DNA of 64,000 nucleotides from the human T2T-CHM13v2.0 reference genome, Homo sapiens: assembly GCF_009914755.1 (NCBI RefSeq), contig NC_060925.1; one strand, written 5' to 3'. Made by a program: the position numbers and the translations under genes. Positions 1 through 20,046 of the stretch are shown piece after piece (position 1 is the first letter of the stretch; each line of letters opens with the position of its first letter). The notes beneath the pieces are model-generated. The model searched no databases, was not told where the DNA came from, and worked only from the letters and a program-made list of their open reading frames with translations.

Positions 1-142
1 CAATTTTAGTCTCAGTAAATTTTAAAAGATAGATAGCATATCAAATATCTTCTCTGACCACAACAGAATAGAGTTAAAAATCAATAATAGAAGTAAAACT
101 GATAAACTGACCTTTTTTCTTTTTGGAAATTAAACAACACAC

Positions 143-856
143 TGCTATGGTCTGAATGTCCCCCAAAATTTATACGTTGAAATTTAACTGCCAATATGAT
201 AGTGTTAAGAGGTGGACAGTGGCCTGGGGTGGTGGCTCATGCTGTAATCCCAGCACTTTGGGAGGAGGAGACTGGCAGATTGTTTGAGCCCAGGAGTTTA
301 AGACCAGCCAGGGCAACATGGGAAAACCTTGTCTCTACAAAAAATACAAAAATTAGGTGGGCATGGTGGTGCAGGCCTGTAGTCCAAGCTACTCAGGAGG
401 CTGAAACAGGAGGACTGGTTGAGCCTGGGAGGTCAAGGCTGCAGTGAGCCATGATCAGGCTACAGGCTACTGCACTCCAATGGGGGCAATAGAATGAGAC
501 CCTGTCTCAAAAAAAAAAAAAAAAAAAGGGTAAAAAGGTGGATTCTTTAGGTGATTATCTCATGAGGATAGAAGTCCTTATGGACGAAATTAGAGCCCTT
601 ATAAAAGGACTTGAAGGAGTGGATTCATTCACTCCTGTCTCCTCCACGTGGGGACACAATGTTCCTCCGCTCTGAAAGATGCAGCAACGTTGTGACATCT
701 TGGAAGCAGAGACGGGGCCTTCGCTAGACACTGAATGGGCTGATGCCTTGATCTTGGACACCCCAGCCTTTAGAACTGAGAGAAATAAATGTCTGTTTTT
801 TAATAAATTATCCAATCTCAGGTATTTTGTTACAGCAACATGAACAAATTAAGATA
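143..856 (+). mobile_element. MaLR LTR (MSTB/MSTD/MLT1A-like), interrupted by an Alu
   Basis: Starts tgctatggtctgaatgtcccccaaaat; ends aataaatgtctgttttttataaattatccaatctcaggtattttgttacagca. Confidence 0.8.
221..527 (+). mobile_element. Alu (AluJ-like)
   Basis: Dimeric Alu with gagcccaggagtt and ggtcaaggctgcagtgagc diagnostics, poly(A) tail. Confidence 0.93.
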
Positions 857-911
857 TATTCTTAAACAACCAATGGGTTAAAGATGAAACCACAAGAGAA
901 ATCAGAAAATA

Positions 912-1195
912 CAGTTGGCTGTCAGCATCCACAGGGGATTGGTTCCAGGACCCCATAAGTAGGCCAAAATCCACACAGAGTCAAGTCCTGCAGTTGGCCC
1001 TGTAAAACCTGGGTATTAAAAAAGTAAGGCCTCTGTATCCTCAGGTTTTGCACTCTGTGAATACTGTATTTTCAATCTGCCTTTGGTTACAGATGCAGAA
1101 TTCATGAAATCAGAGGACCAACTGTATTTATTGAAAACAATTACTGTATAAATGCACCCTTGCAGTTCAGATCCATGTTGTTCAAGGCTCAGCTG
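912..1195. mobile_element. TcMar-Tigger MITE (Tigger2/MER8-like)
   Basis: TA-cagttgg...cagctg-TA termini; ggggattggttccaggacccc and catgttgttcaagg motifs. Confidence 0.75.
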
Positions 1196-1318
1196 TACTC
1201 AGAAATGAATGAAAATGAAAACACAGTACAGCAAAACTTTGGGATACAGTAAAAGCAGTGCTAACAGGGAAATTTATAGTGTGAAATGCTTACGTTTTAA
1301 AAAAACAAAAAACAAAAA

Positions 1319-1627
<309 letters not shown>

Positions 1628-1733
1628 ACCAAAAAGATCTCAAATTAGCAACCTAAATTTACAATTTAGGCAACTAGAAAAGAAAAAAATTAAACCCAAC
1701 ACTAGCAGAAGGAAGGAAATAAAGATTATTTCA

Positions 1734-2387
<654 letters not shown>

Positions 2388-2873
2388 GAATAGGATTGTA
2401 AGAGAGTGCTAAGAACAATTGTACACCAACATATTGGATAACCTGGATGAAATGGACAAATTCCTAGGAATATGAACCCTACCAAGACTGAATCATGAAG
2501 AAATTGAAAATCTGAATAGACTAGTAACTAGTAAGGAGACTGAATCAGTAACCAAAAATCTCCTGACCGAAAAAAATAAAAAAAAAAAAAGCCTTGGACT
2601 TGACTTTTCTATCAAATATTTAGATAACTAATATTAATCCTTCTTAATCCCTTCCAAAAACTTGAAGAGGAGGGAGTACTCCCTAACTCATTCTATGAGG
2701 CTACAATTGCCCTGATACCAAAGCAAGACAAAGATTTTACAAGAAAAAACTGTAGAATAATATCCCATATGAAGATTGATGTATAAAAATCCTCACCATA
2801 CCCTAGGACTGTGAGGTGAAATTCATCATAGAAAAGGAAAGCCAAGCAGAAGCCTAAAACTATACCCCTAGTC

Positions 2874-5036
<2,163 letters not shown>

Positions 5037-5050
5037 CTATATCCCTAGTC

Positions 5051-5210
5051 AAGAGAGAACAAGACAAAATGCTGCATCAAGGGGAATGGCAGAGATAAGT
5101 GACACCCTCAAGGGTCTAAAGAATGCAGCAATAGTGTCCCCATGATATTTCTGTTTAAATCACCATTCTGTCCCCTCGGGATCTGGCTGCTCTTGGTGGA
5201 TGACTCTAGA
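5051..5210 (+). mobile_element. ERVL-type pol (RT N-terminus) fossil, continuing from 2805-2873
   Basis: Translates as GMAEISDTLKGLKNAAIV...FKSPFCP...SWWMTLD, resembling the recalled ERVL motif GIAEISATIKDLKDAGVV...FNSPIWP...SWRMTVD. Confidence 0.65.
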
Positions 5211-5783
5211 CCAGAGGTCCACAACTACAGATTCTGTGCCCAAATTGTCAGCTGCCTGTTTTTGTATATGGTTTTAACTTTTGTAAACAATTGAGAAAAA
5301 TAAAAAGAATGATATTTTGTAGTATTTGAAAATTATGTGAAATTCAAATTTCAACAGTTATGAATAAAGTTTTATGACAGCGCAGTTGCACTCATTCATT
5401 TATGTATCTTACGGCTGCTTTTGTGATTCAAAGATCAGAGTTGAATAGTCTGGACAGAGACCTTGTGTGGTGTTCTCATTATTTCCCCTTGCTTTGGACA
5501 CATCACAAACCACAGTGAGGCAACTAGCACACTACAGTGTTTCAAGTGCTATACTTTTTGCCATGCTATGACTTTTCATTTATTTATTTTATCACACTGT
5601 AACTGTAACAAGAGAATACAATGTGTGTGCAAATTACCAGACTAGGCACTTATCACAATATTCTCAACTCATAGGAAAGCAATAATAAGGAAAATCGGAA
5701 AAGTTAAGCATATTCTTACTATTGAGTTTAAGAAGAAAAAAGAAAAGTTAAAAAAAATTAAGCAGCAATATCTCAACACATAG

Positions 5784-6162
<379 letters not shown>

Positions 6163-6170
6163 TAGCTGGA

Positions 6171-6623
<453 letters not shown>

Positions 6624-6869
6624 TGAGGAAAGCCATTTGCGGATAGCGAATCAACAAATCATGTTTGTACTCATTTTCTCAGAAACGTATTCTGAGAAAA
6701 TAATCTTTATGAAGAATGTTAACCTTTTTGCTAGGTGGGGTGGGACTTTGGGAAAAAACCCAACAGTTTATTAAAACAAACAAAGCAAGAAACCAAATTG
6801 TCCGGCAGAGGGCAGCATTACCCCACAGAGCCAAAACCTTTGCCAGGAGGAACCCGTGTTCATTGCCAA

Positions 6870-7197
<328 letters not shown>

Positions 7198-7199
7198 TA

Positions 7200-7570
7200 A
7201 CTAACATTTGTGGTGCCAGGCTGTTATGGTGATTTCTTCCTATTAGCTTATTTAATCTTCATGAAAACCCTTCAAGATAGGTACTATTTTATTTTCATTT
7301 TACAAATAAGAAAACTGAAACTCAGAATGGCTAAGTGACTTTTACCTGGTTCACATATCAATTAAGGTCAAGCCTTTGGCTCCAGGACCTATGTTTTTAT
7401 TGAAGTAAATGATTATAAAGTGCCTGCTATGCACTAGGCATGGTCTAAGCACTTCACATGCTTTAATTACTTTAATCTTTATGATAACCCCAAGATTTAG
7501 GTACTATTATTACCATTTCCATTGTACCGATAAAGAAACCAAGATAAAGAGGTGAAGGTGATCCTACCTT
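7200..7570 (-). mobile_element. Two MIR fragments
   Basis: ggtactatt...cattttacaaataagaaaactgaaactcaga core-like motif, present twice. Confidence 0.65.
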
Positions 7571-7757
7571 CCCAAGGGAACTCCCACTGTCAGGCTTGAG
7601 TCCACAGGAGAGGCTCTAGCTGCTCTACGTGGCAGCACTAGGGTGAAGGCAGTGAGGCTCCTACTGCTCTGGTTCTGGCTGGGTCACACATGTCGGGGAT
7701 GGGTTGCCAGCTCCCTCAATAAACCCCTACCTAGTCTTCTGAGTGACTCAAATCAGG

Positions 7758-7856
7758 TATCTTTGGTAGAGTGGAGTGGGGAACAGTAATATATCTTTGA
7801 GTGGAGTGGGGACAGTAATATATCTTTGAGTAGAGTGGGATGGGGAACACTAATAT
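7758..7856. repeat. Short minisatellite, about 3 copies of a ~29-bp unit (gagtggagtggggaacagtaatatatcttt)
   Basis: Direct inspection. Confidence 0.8.
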
Positions 7857-7859
7857 GAG

Positions 7860-8493
<634 letters not shown>

Positions 8494-8506
8494 TAAGAGC
8501 ATTCTT

Positions 8507-8840
8507 TGTTAAAAATTTATTTTATTTTTTCCTAATTGACAAATAGTTGTTGTACATAGTCATGAGGTACCTAGTGATGTTTTGATACAAATAATATCTG
8601 GTGATCAGATCATGGTAATCAGTGTATTCATCATTTCAAAGGTTTATCATTTCTTTGTGTTGGGAACATTCAATATCCTCTTTCTCACTGTTTGAAACTA
8701 TATAATATATTATTGTTAACTATAGTCATCCTACAGTGATATAGAACACTAGAACTAATTCCCCTTACCTATCTGTTTTTTTGTATCCTTTAACAAATCT
8801 CTCCCTATCCCTCCCTTCCTATCCTTCCTAGCCTCCAGTG
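8507..8840 (-). mobile_element. L1MA 3' end fragment
   Basis: ttatcatttctttgtgttgggaacattcaat; TSD-like taagagcattctt / taagagtattctt. Confidence 0.8.
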
Positions 8841-10070
8841 TAAGAGTATTCTTGCTCAGGGTGGTGTGGCAGCCCCTGTTTGGAAGCCAGCAGGGAATGT
8901 GCACCCCTGTGACTGAAGACTTGAAAGTCCCCATTCCACAAGACTCAGGCTACTTGGGTACTAAGTAGGACTAAAACCAGAGAAAAAGTAGGCTGGAGCA
9001 AAATTTATTGTGCTTTTGGATAAATATCCAGCATTTCCTGTAAAATGTTACAGCAATTCCCTCATGGAATGTAACGAGACTAGAAAAGCCCTCCCAGAGA
9101 TTTCCCCACCTAGTTTTGTGGAATGTAACTCAGGTGGCTGACCCAGGGTCTGAGATTTGCATAGTGACTTTTAGCGCAAAACATTACCTTTCTTGTGCCT
9201 CATCTAGCAAGGCAATTTAGCCTCACTTGTCTGTTATTATTATTATTTTTTAACTATCGAAAGCTCTCTAACAGAAGGAAATCTGAGCTGGCTCTGTTGG
9301 AAATAGCTTTCCTTGTAGTCAGGGTGAAATAAACTTCTGTCATGAGCTTGCTATCAGTTCACCTGAGAGATATGTTTTAACACCTAAATAGGTTCATTTA
9401 ACCAACAAGGAAGTGCTTCTTCTTTTCTGGACACTGCTCCAGTGCTGGGATTCAGAGACTGACCCCATCCTTGGAGCAAGTGGTTAAATAACAGAAGACA
9501 TAAAAATAAATCAATAATCACAAAACATGTTACAGATGTTTAAAGAACAGTGGAAGCCCAGAGGGAGGGATCAGTAACTGCCTGGTGGCATCCAGGAAGA
9601 GCTCAAGGAACTAACATGTTGACAGAGTTTTGAAAGGCAAACTTAGACACGAGGAGGCAGATGCTGGAGGGGAAAAGGTGCAGAGGCATTGAATCTTAAA
9701 CACACTTGCATCCACGCCAGAAGCAGTCGGGGATGTAGGATGCTGGGAACTTCACAGTTGCTTGGCCTGTGGGAGCCCCTCTCTCACCTTGTTCTTCTAG
9801 TTTCTGACTCCAGGCCTCTCTCTGGCCTGTATCTCCATTTATCCCTCCATGTTGGACTTGATTCTGGGAAATCGACCCATGTTTTCAATGACTACATTTG
9901 ATGTTACCTTTGATCAATACTATTTTTAAATAAAGCAATAAAGTGATAAATACAGCCATATCTCTGGTTAAGAACTTATGAAAAGTTACTGGAGTAGAAC
10001 TAGAGTCATACTTGACTCACCAAGATTTTTTTATTGTATTATTTAAAAATGATACAATAAAAACCATAAT

Positions 10071-10835
10071 TGTGATATTGTCATATAATAAAAAATAAAG
10101 GTTTGGTCTTTGGTCCAGGTTCCTGGCACAGAGCTTCTAAAACTGGTGGAATTTCCTGAGTGATAGTCTTTTGTTATTTATAGTAAGCCTCTTCAACTGT
10201 ACATGAGTTTATGCTGATGAGATAACTCCTGGTGGTTGCCAAGATAGCTTTAGGATGGGACCTGGTTGCCAGAGTGATTAGAGGGTTACTCACCAATGGC
10301 CGATGATTTAATCAATCATACCTATGTAATGGAAGCTCCATAAGACCCCAAAGCAATGGGGTTGAACAGCTTCCAGGTTAGTGGACGCATCCACTTGCTG
10401 GGAGGATGCCACACCCCAGCTCCACTGGGACAGAAGCATCTGTGCTTGAGCATCTTCTGGACCTTGCTGTATATACCTTTGCACATGGCTGTTCATGTGT
10501 ATCCTTTGTAATGGACTGGTAAATGTAAGTAAAATGCTGAGTTCTGTGTGCTCTTCTAGCAAATATCCAACCTAAAAAGAGGGTTGTGGAAATCCCCAAT
10601 TTATAGCCAGTTGATGAGAAGGATGGATGGCCCCAAATTGCGATTGGCATGTGAAGTGGGGGCTGTCTTGTGGGACCAAGCCTTTAACCTGTGAGTTTCA
10701 AGCTAACTCTTGGTAGATAGTGCCAGAGTTCAATTGTAGAACACTTAGCTGGTGTCGGAGAAATGGTCGGTGAGGGCAAACCACCACACACATTTGGCAT
10801 CAGAAGTGTTCTGTGGGCAGAAACAGATCATAGTA
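10071..10835 (+). mobile_element. MER21-type LTR
   Basis: tgtgatattg...ggttcctggcacagagcttctaaaac start; acatttggcatcagaagtg near the end. Confidence 0.75.
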
Positions 10836-12888
10836 GCAATAACACAGTGCTAAGATGTCATTAGTTGTGAGACACATCCTGATTTCACAGGCACTAAATT
10901 ATAAAAAGAGCTTTGTCTTAGAATCGATAAAATACACCATCTCGACAGCTGTGTCTGGCTGCTCGCCCAGCCCTGCTACCACCTGCAGGCCTCTAGGTTG
11001 CTCATTTCTGATCTAACTTTGACCTCCCTGCTGTCCTTTCAGGCCTACCTGGAAGGCTTGAGCCAGCAGACTAGCTGCCTGTTCTGGCATAGTGTCACTT
11101 TTCTCCTCTTCTGACTTTCTGTCCTATCGCAGACATGACAAGGTTGGGGAATCCCAGGAACCCAGGCCAGCTGCAGAATCAGGCAAGTCAGGGACAGATG
11201 GTGGCCTGAATGAAAAGGGGCAGGATGGGCCTTGATGGTGTCTGAGATTCCCCCGATGTAGGAAGTGGGTGTCCCTGGAGGGCACTAAGCAGGGCAATGC
11301 CATGTTTGTGTGAAACTTGACAACAGGGATTGGGCAGGCAACAGGTGTTTTCTCTAGGCTTGTAAAAACAGGAGTTAGGTAGTACACTGGACTTGAACTT
11401 CTACAAGGAACACCACAAGAACCCAGTCCCCCAACCCCTGGCTGTTCCTGCTAGCAGGGTCCTAGGGCTGCTGAAACATTTGCAGTGTGGTTCTTACTGG
11501 TGGTTTCATCACAGGAGTTGGACAAGCTGCTTCCTCCCTCCACTAGTCATCACTTCTCAGCTTCCTCCAGGCCTCAGGCATTGCCTGGGTGATGCTGAGC
11601 CTGGGCCAGCAACACAGTCTTGGTGGTTCATGTTTCTTGCATTACAGCCTCTGTGCTTTTTTGGATGGAATGTTTAACTTGGAAAATAAAAGCTCTCACC
11701 TCCTAATTTTTTCTTCTGAGAGCCAGCACAGCTAAACCTAAGAATGTTTTTTCTGCAGGCTATAACTGAAGGACTGAGGTAATCCATGAGCTTTTATTAA
11801 GCCATGTCGCTGGTTAAGAACTTATGAAATGTTATTGGAATAGAACTAAAAGGCCTTAACTTGCTTGAGTAAAATTTTAACTTAGATGTAGTCTCCTAAT
11901 TCTTAGACCTATGGTGTGTCATGTCTACCTTACGGGTACTTTTTCTGAACCTGATAATAATGGCATGACCGTTTAGTATGGAGAAGAGTATAATTTCCTA
12001 AAAATTAATATCATTTTAGCTACTTCATTGTGAAGTGCATTTCTGCCCAGAATTCTCTCAAAGTCATAGTGATGCTTAAAGGATGCAGTTTGTTCTTTGG
12101 TGCACTTCAAACTGAAAATCATAAGGGTGCTGAGATAGTGATTAAAGAACGACCACAAGAATATAAACATGAAGTTCAGATAACTAGTTGCTTTTGAAAA
12201 CCTCCAGGCTCATACACAGTAGCCAGTCAAGTGGGTTAAACATCAAGCCCTTATGGTGGGCCTGGCCTTGCTCTTGGCAATGGGATAAATAAAGTTGCTG
12301 CTACTAAGAATCTCATGCAGAATAGTAAGTAGGTAAGTTAATGGCAGTACTGGTAAGAGCAGTAAAGAGGATGAATTAGAATCTTGTGGGGCTGATTTAG
12401 ATGGGGTTGGGGGTCAGGAAAGACCTCTCTGAAGAAGTGAGAACAGATCCATTTATTTTAACTTAAATGTCAGTTAAAACCTGAGAACAGATCCTTGTCA
12501 AAAATGTGGCCCAGCCCAGATAATCATTAAGGCCACCCCCTTTCCTCAGCAGAGCTAGATTAGGGGCCTCTTCGCTAGCTGGGCAGTTGCCCAGAGCACT
12601 AGTAATTAAGGAGAACAGAAACATCAACTGGAGGAATTCAGCAAAATGTAAATCAGTCCTTCCAACAAATGATGAGAATGTCCCAATGGAAAATAAAACT
12701 GAAGAGTGAACACCATCTCTTACCTCTCAAGGTCTCTCCTTTAGGATGGGTCAAGTGTTAGGAAAAGCCAACCTAAAAAGCATAAGAAGAGTAGCCACTT
12801 AACAGACCAGTTCTACATTCTTCTGGAACGTTCTATGATGACTTACTTGGATGAGATCTTCCTACTTCCTCATTCCCAGCATAGATGT

Positions 12889-13579
<691 letters not shown>

Positions 13580-13668
13580 GATGTCTTATGGTCTATTTCT
13601 TAAGAAATAAGGTGGTAATTTTTATTATTTTTAAATATGGAAAATGTGAATTTAAAAATATGACAATC

Positions 13669-13970
13669 GGCCGGGGGTGGTGGGTCATGCCTGTAATCCA
13701 AGCACTTTGGGAGGCCGAGGCAAGTGGATTACGTTAGGTCAGGAGTTTGAGATCAGCCTGGCCAATGTGGTGAAACCCCGTCTCTACTAAAAGTACAAAA
13801 ATTAGCCCAGCATGGTGGTGGGTGCCTGAAATCCCAGCTACTCATGAGGCTGAGGCAGGAGAATCACTTGAACCTAGGAGGCGGAGGTTGCAGTGAGCTG
13901 AGGGCCACTGCACTCCAGCCTGGGTGACAGAGCAAGACTCCATCTCAAAAAAAAAAAAAAAAAAAAAAAA
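13669..13970 (+). mobile_element. Alu (AluS)
   Basis: Full dimer with poly(A). Confidence 0.93.
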
Positions 13971-14378
13971 GAGAACTAAGTGAAAAGGATTGATGGAAAT
14001 ATTTTCAACTTTAACACCGTGATTTCTAACCAGTGGACACTAAGTGGTCATCAAATCCATATTTGTACCAGGTATAGTCTTAGTGACTTTATATGAATTT
14101 ATTGCCATTTTTCAAAATAATATAGATCTTGTGATTATACATTTATCTAGTTATATAACTGAGTTCTGTTCTTGTACATTCTTTTGAATAAATGTATACA
14201 CCAAAGAGAAAACTATCATGTAGGAGTCAGCCATGTTTATGTAAGTGTGCACACTGGTGCACATGCACACAAATCAAAAGAGTTCCTGAAACTTAAGTGA
14301 ATGGAAATGATTGTGCTTACATATATGCCAAACATTCTTCTAGAAAACAGAGCAAAAAATCTAGGGCCTTCATTTTGA

Positions 14379-14724
<346 letters not shown>

Positions 14725-15000
14725 TAATAGCACAAAGTTAAACCTTTGTAACTTAAATTTGAAGTCGGAATTTAGGTGGGTCAGCTTGATCTTTCCAGTT
14801 AAGTCAAAAACTACTGATAAAAATGTGAGAATGAGATGTATTCCCTCAAAGATGATGATGCACATGCCCAAGTTTAATACTGCAGTAGTGGGGAGTGGAG
14901 AAATTAGTTTAAACTACCTGGATACACTATTTTCATAAATCACCTTTGCCATCACCTCAGGAAGTTTGAGTTTTTCTCCGGGGGTATGATCCAAACTTGC

Positions 15001-15014
15001 GTTGCCATAGCATC
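15001..15014. promoter_or_regulatory. Candidate RFX X-box
   Basis: GTTGCCATAGCATC matches 12/14 of the palindrome GTTGCCATGGCAAC, in non-repeat sequence; motif only. Confidence 0.3.
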
Positions 15015-15674
15015 CAAGCCTTTTTCAGTGGTTTTGTCTTACTGTGTTACTACGGTTTCCCACTGCCTAGTATTACCCAGCAAGAGAGTACTGAGACAAA
15101 GTCAATGAATTGGCTGGGTTTCAGGCAGATTACTTCTTACTCCCTGCAGGTAGCAGCAGCCCGATTTCCACCTGTAATTGGGATGAACTGCCACAGCTTA
15201 TTCTTTACTTCTTGTCTAGTGGCACAAGTAACCCTAAATGGCTAGGGTAGTCTCAACTTCCAATTTTATTTTTACTTGATTAAAAAAATTCATATTGAAA
15301 TATACGTGCCCCAAATGCAAATGTTTTAAGCATAGAACCTGGCAAACTGGCAAACATACACACTTGTACTCATCACTCAGATCAAGAAATAGAACATTCT
15401 TAGTATCCCAGAAGCCCCATCTGATCACTTTTCCTAATCTTTTCTTCACGGGACACCACTAATCTAACTCCTTAAACCACACATTAGTTTTGCTTGTTCT
15501 TGATCTTTGTAAAATGGAATCACAGCATGCATTCTTTGTGATAGTTTTCTTTAGCTCAACATTATTTTGGTGAGATTCATTAATGTTTTTGCAGTTGTAA
15601 GTTGGTTTATTTTCATAGCTGCTTGAATATACCCCAATTAATTTATCCATCCACTATGAGGGACATTAGGGGTG

Positions 15675-16057
15675 TGATATGGTTTGAATTGGTGTCCCTG
15701 CTCAAATCTCATGTTAAATTGTAATCCCCAGTATCGGAGGAGGGACCTGGTGGGAAGTGATTGGCTCATGGGGACGGATTTCCTCCCTGCTGTTCTTGTG
15801 ATCATGAGAGAGTTTTCAAGAGAGCTGGTTGTTTAAAAGTGTGTAGCACCTTCCCCTTCACTCTCTTCCTCCTGCTCTGGGCATGTAAGACATGCCTCCT
15901 TCCTTTTCACCTTCCGCCATAATGTAAGTTTCCTGAGGCCTTCTCAGTCATGCTTCCTGTATAGCATGCACAATTGTGAGCCAAATAGACTTATTTTCTT
16001 TATAAATTACCTAGTCTCAGGTAGTTCTTTATAGCAGTGCAAGAACAGACTAATACA
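15675..16057 (+). mobile_element. MSTA solo LTR
   Basis: tgatatggttt ... cagactaataca; 5-bp TSD gggtg. Confidence 0.9.
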
Positions 16058-16581
16058 GGGTGTTTACAGCTTTAGGTTATTCTAAATAGCATATGTCTTT
16101 TGGAGCACATGTGAATACATTTCTATTGAGCGTATCTAGTGCTACAGTTGCTGGGTCATAGGAAATGTGCATGCTCTACTTTAGTAGATCCTTCCAAAGA
16201 ATTTGTCAAAAGTGATTGTACCAATTTACGCTTCCCATCATGACAGTTTTAGTTTTTCCGCATTCTTGCCAACACTGGCTTTTGCATTTTAGTTACTCTG
16301 GTGGAACTATAGTGGAAGTGTTGTGGTTTTAACTTGCATTAATTTGATAACAATTGATATTGAGTTCCTTTTCATGCATGCATTGGCCATTTGAATATCC
16401 TCTTTTGTGAAGTTATATATCTTGGCCATTTTTCTATTTGTCTTTTCTTATTAAGTCTTCCTTTGTCAAATATATACTGCAAACACATTCTCTTGTCATT
16501 TAGTTCTCTTAATGCAATCGTTTGAGGTTCCTGATTTTAATTTAGTCTAATATACACATCTTTTCCTTAGTGTTTAGTACC

Positions 16582-16880
<299 letters not shown>

Positions 16881-16887
16881 TGTTTAG

Positions 16888-17263
<376 letters not shown>

Positions 17264-18029
17264 TCCTATATTATATTCTAAGAACCTTTATTGTTTTACT
17301 TTTCAAACTTAGATCTGCAGTTCACAAGGATTGATATGCTTGCATGTGATTTAAGTAGGGTTCAAGTTTCATTTTCCTCCTTATTGATATGAAATTGAAG
17401 CAGCACTGTTTCTTGAAAAGATCATTCTTCCTCAGGGTTCTGCAGTGTCTCCTATCACAGATCAAGTGTGCATAGGAGCATGGGTCTGTTTATGGAATCT
17501 CTATTTTTTCCCATCAGTTTATTTTATATCCTTGTATTTATACTAGATAAATTTTAGTAGTGTTAGTCCTTGAACTATCTCCTCCTTCTTCTACATTTTT
17601 GTAGCTACTTTTGTTTATTTCCACAAATTTTAGATTGACTTTTAAATTTCCACACACAGACACAAAAGCTATTGGGATTTTGTTTGAGATTGCATTGAAT
17701 CTATAGATAAATTTGTCTTTCCCATAGTGACTCTTTTTCAATCCTCAGGCAAAGTACATACCGCTCCATCTGTTGCATTTATTTATGTTTTCTTTAATTT
17801 GCTTCAGTAATGTTTAATACACTTTTGTGTAGAGGTATTCCACACTTTTATTACATCTATTCTTGAGAATTTGATGTTTTTAAAAGGCTATTATAACAGA
17901 TTTTTCTGTAATTTAATCTGTAATGCTCACTGCTGCTATAATGGATTTCATATATGAAAACTTAACAAAACTATTGGATTTCATATTGGTATAATGATTT
18001 TATATTCAGAGATCTTACAGGAGTTTATA

Positions 18030-18760
18030 TGATTGACCTAAAAAGAAGAAGCAGAGGCAAAATTAATACAGAGATTTTATTTGGACTAGGGTTTAGGGCT
18101 GCAGCCCAGGATACACTTTCAGGTTTCTTTGGAGAGTGATCCAGAGAACAGAGGAGAAACTCAAGTTTTCAGAAAAAAAAAAGGAAAAATTAGGAGAAGA
18201 GGCCATTACAAAAGTTATTCATCAGGAATTTTCACTGGTTTACAGAAATAGCATATATGGCATGTTATGGCTACTTGGTTTCAGTTAGTCTAGAGCCCAC
18301 ATAACAAGTGGCTTCAAGAGGTAATTATTTAGTTCCAAGGGGAGTGAGCTATGACTGCTGTAACCGCCCCCCCCCTTTTTTTTTTAAAGTGACAGAGTCT
18401 CCCTGTGTTGCACCAGGCTGGCCTTGAACTCTTGACCTCAAGCAATCCTTTCACCTTGACCTTCCAAAGCACTGAGATTACAGGTGTGAGCCTCAGTGCC
18501 TGAACCTTACTCTTATATTTTAAATGCCTCTCTGGGCCTGATAATTTAAAGGGGTTCACATTCCTCAGATTAAAAAAATGTTTTTTGTTTGTTTGTTTGT
18601 TTTTGCCCAGACATGGTGGCTCATACCTGTAATCCTAGCACTTTGGATTTTGGGAGGCTGAGATGGGAGGACTGCTTGAGGCCAAGAGTTTGAGACCAGC
18701 CTGGTCAATATGGTGAGTCTCCATCTCGAAAAAAAACTGTTTTTTAGTTTCTCAATATGT
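18030..18760 (-). mobile_element. ERV1-type LTR (MER31/MER67-like) with two Alu monomers inserted (about 18380-18505 and 18605-18736)
   Basis: Recalled similarity: gacctaaaaagaagaagcagaggcaaaattaat ... ataatttaaaggggttcacattcctcagat. Confidence 0.5.
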
Positions 18761-18793
18761 AGATTCTTTTGGACTCTATCTCTCTCTATATAT

Positions 18794-19226
18794 TGTCACA
18801 CACGTCCATGTGAGGAGACCACCAAACAGGCTTTGTGTGAGCAACAAGGCTGTTTATTTCACCTGGGTGCAGGCAGGCTGAGTCTGAAAAGAGAGTCAGT
18901 GAAGGGTGGTGGGATTATCATTAGTTCTTGCAGGTTTTGGGATAGGCGGTGGAGTTAGGAGCAATGTTTTGCAGGCAGGGGGTGGATCTCACAAAGTACA
19001 TTCTCAAGGGTGGGGAGAATTACAAAGAACCTTCTCAAGGGTGGGGGAGATTACAAAGTACATTGATCAGTTAGGGTGGGGCAGAAACAAATCATAATGG
19101 TGGAATGTTATCAGTTAAGGCTATTTTCACTTCTTTTGTGGATCTTCAGTTGCTTCAGGCCATCTGGATGTATGCATGCAGGCCACAGGGGTTATGATGG
19201 CTTAGCCTGGGCTCAGAGGCCTGACA
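18794..19226 (-). mobile_element. HERV-H 3' LTR (LTR7B / type II-like), complete
   Basis: Minus strand begins tgtcaggcctctgagcccaggctaagcc, ends ...tgaca; tandem ccccacccttgagaa repeats; AATAAA. Confidence 0.93.
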
Positions 19227-20046
19227 TTCCTGTCTTCTTATATTAATAAGAAAAATAAAATGAAATAGTGGTAAAGTGTTGGGGCGGTGAAAATTTTTTG
19301 GGGTGGTATGGAGAGATAATGGGTGATTTCTCAGGGCTGCTTCAAGCGGGATTGGGGTGGCGTGGGAACCTACAGTGGGAGAGACCCAACTGAAGAAAGG
19401 TTTTGGGGTAAGGGGTGATATTGTGGGGTTGTTAGAAGGAGCATTTGTTGTATAGAATTATTGGTGATGGCCTGGATGTGGTTTTGTATGAATTGAGAAA
19501 CTAAACGAAAGACACAAGGTCCAAATAAGAGAAAGAGAAAAACAGGTATTAAAGGACTAAGAATTGGGAGCACCCAGGACGTCCAATTACAGAGTGTCAA
19601 AGGGGGTTCAGCATAATTATTTTCTTGGTTGGCAAGTTTTTGGGCTCTATCCTTGAGTTTTTTTTATGTTGTCATATACCAGGCCAGATTGATTTAGGTA
19701 AAAACAACACTCTTCATTTACAAATATACAGTCCCCCCCTTTTTTTTAGCAGTGAGTAAGTCAGGGCCTCAGCGATTTTGGAGGAAAGTGAAATGCAAAG
19801 CCAGCAATTGTTTGTTAAAGAAGGATTAGAAACGGCTAGGAGAGAGTGAATTTGATAGTGTGGTGGAGATAGCTGCGGAGAGGTAGAAGGTGGCATAAGA
19901 ACGGGAACCAGAATAAGAGTGAGTATAAAAATAAAGAATAGGACTTCATCAGGGTGAAAGTATTGGAGGGTACCTTGCCACTGAAGATCTTCTATCCAAT
20001 TCAAGAGAGGCTTAAGGGTGGCGATTTGAGGTAAAACCAGGAGCCA

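Noticed and set aside
7758-7856. Repeat-spacer array
   Set aside because: Simple head-to-tail minisatellite without unique spacers
11133-11182. Candidate 50-nt exon (pyrimidine tract-CAG ... CAG/GCAAGT)
   Set aside because: Requires a GC donor and the peptide is unrecognised; no support from sequence alone
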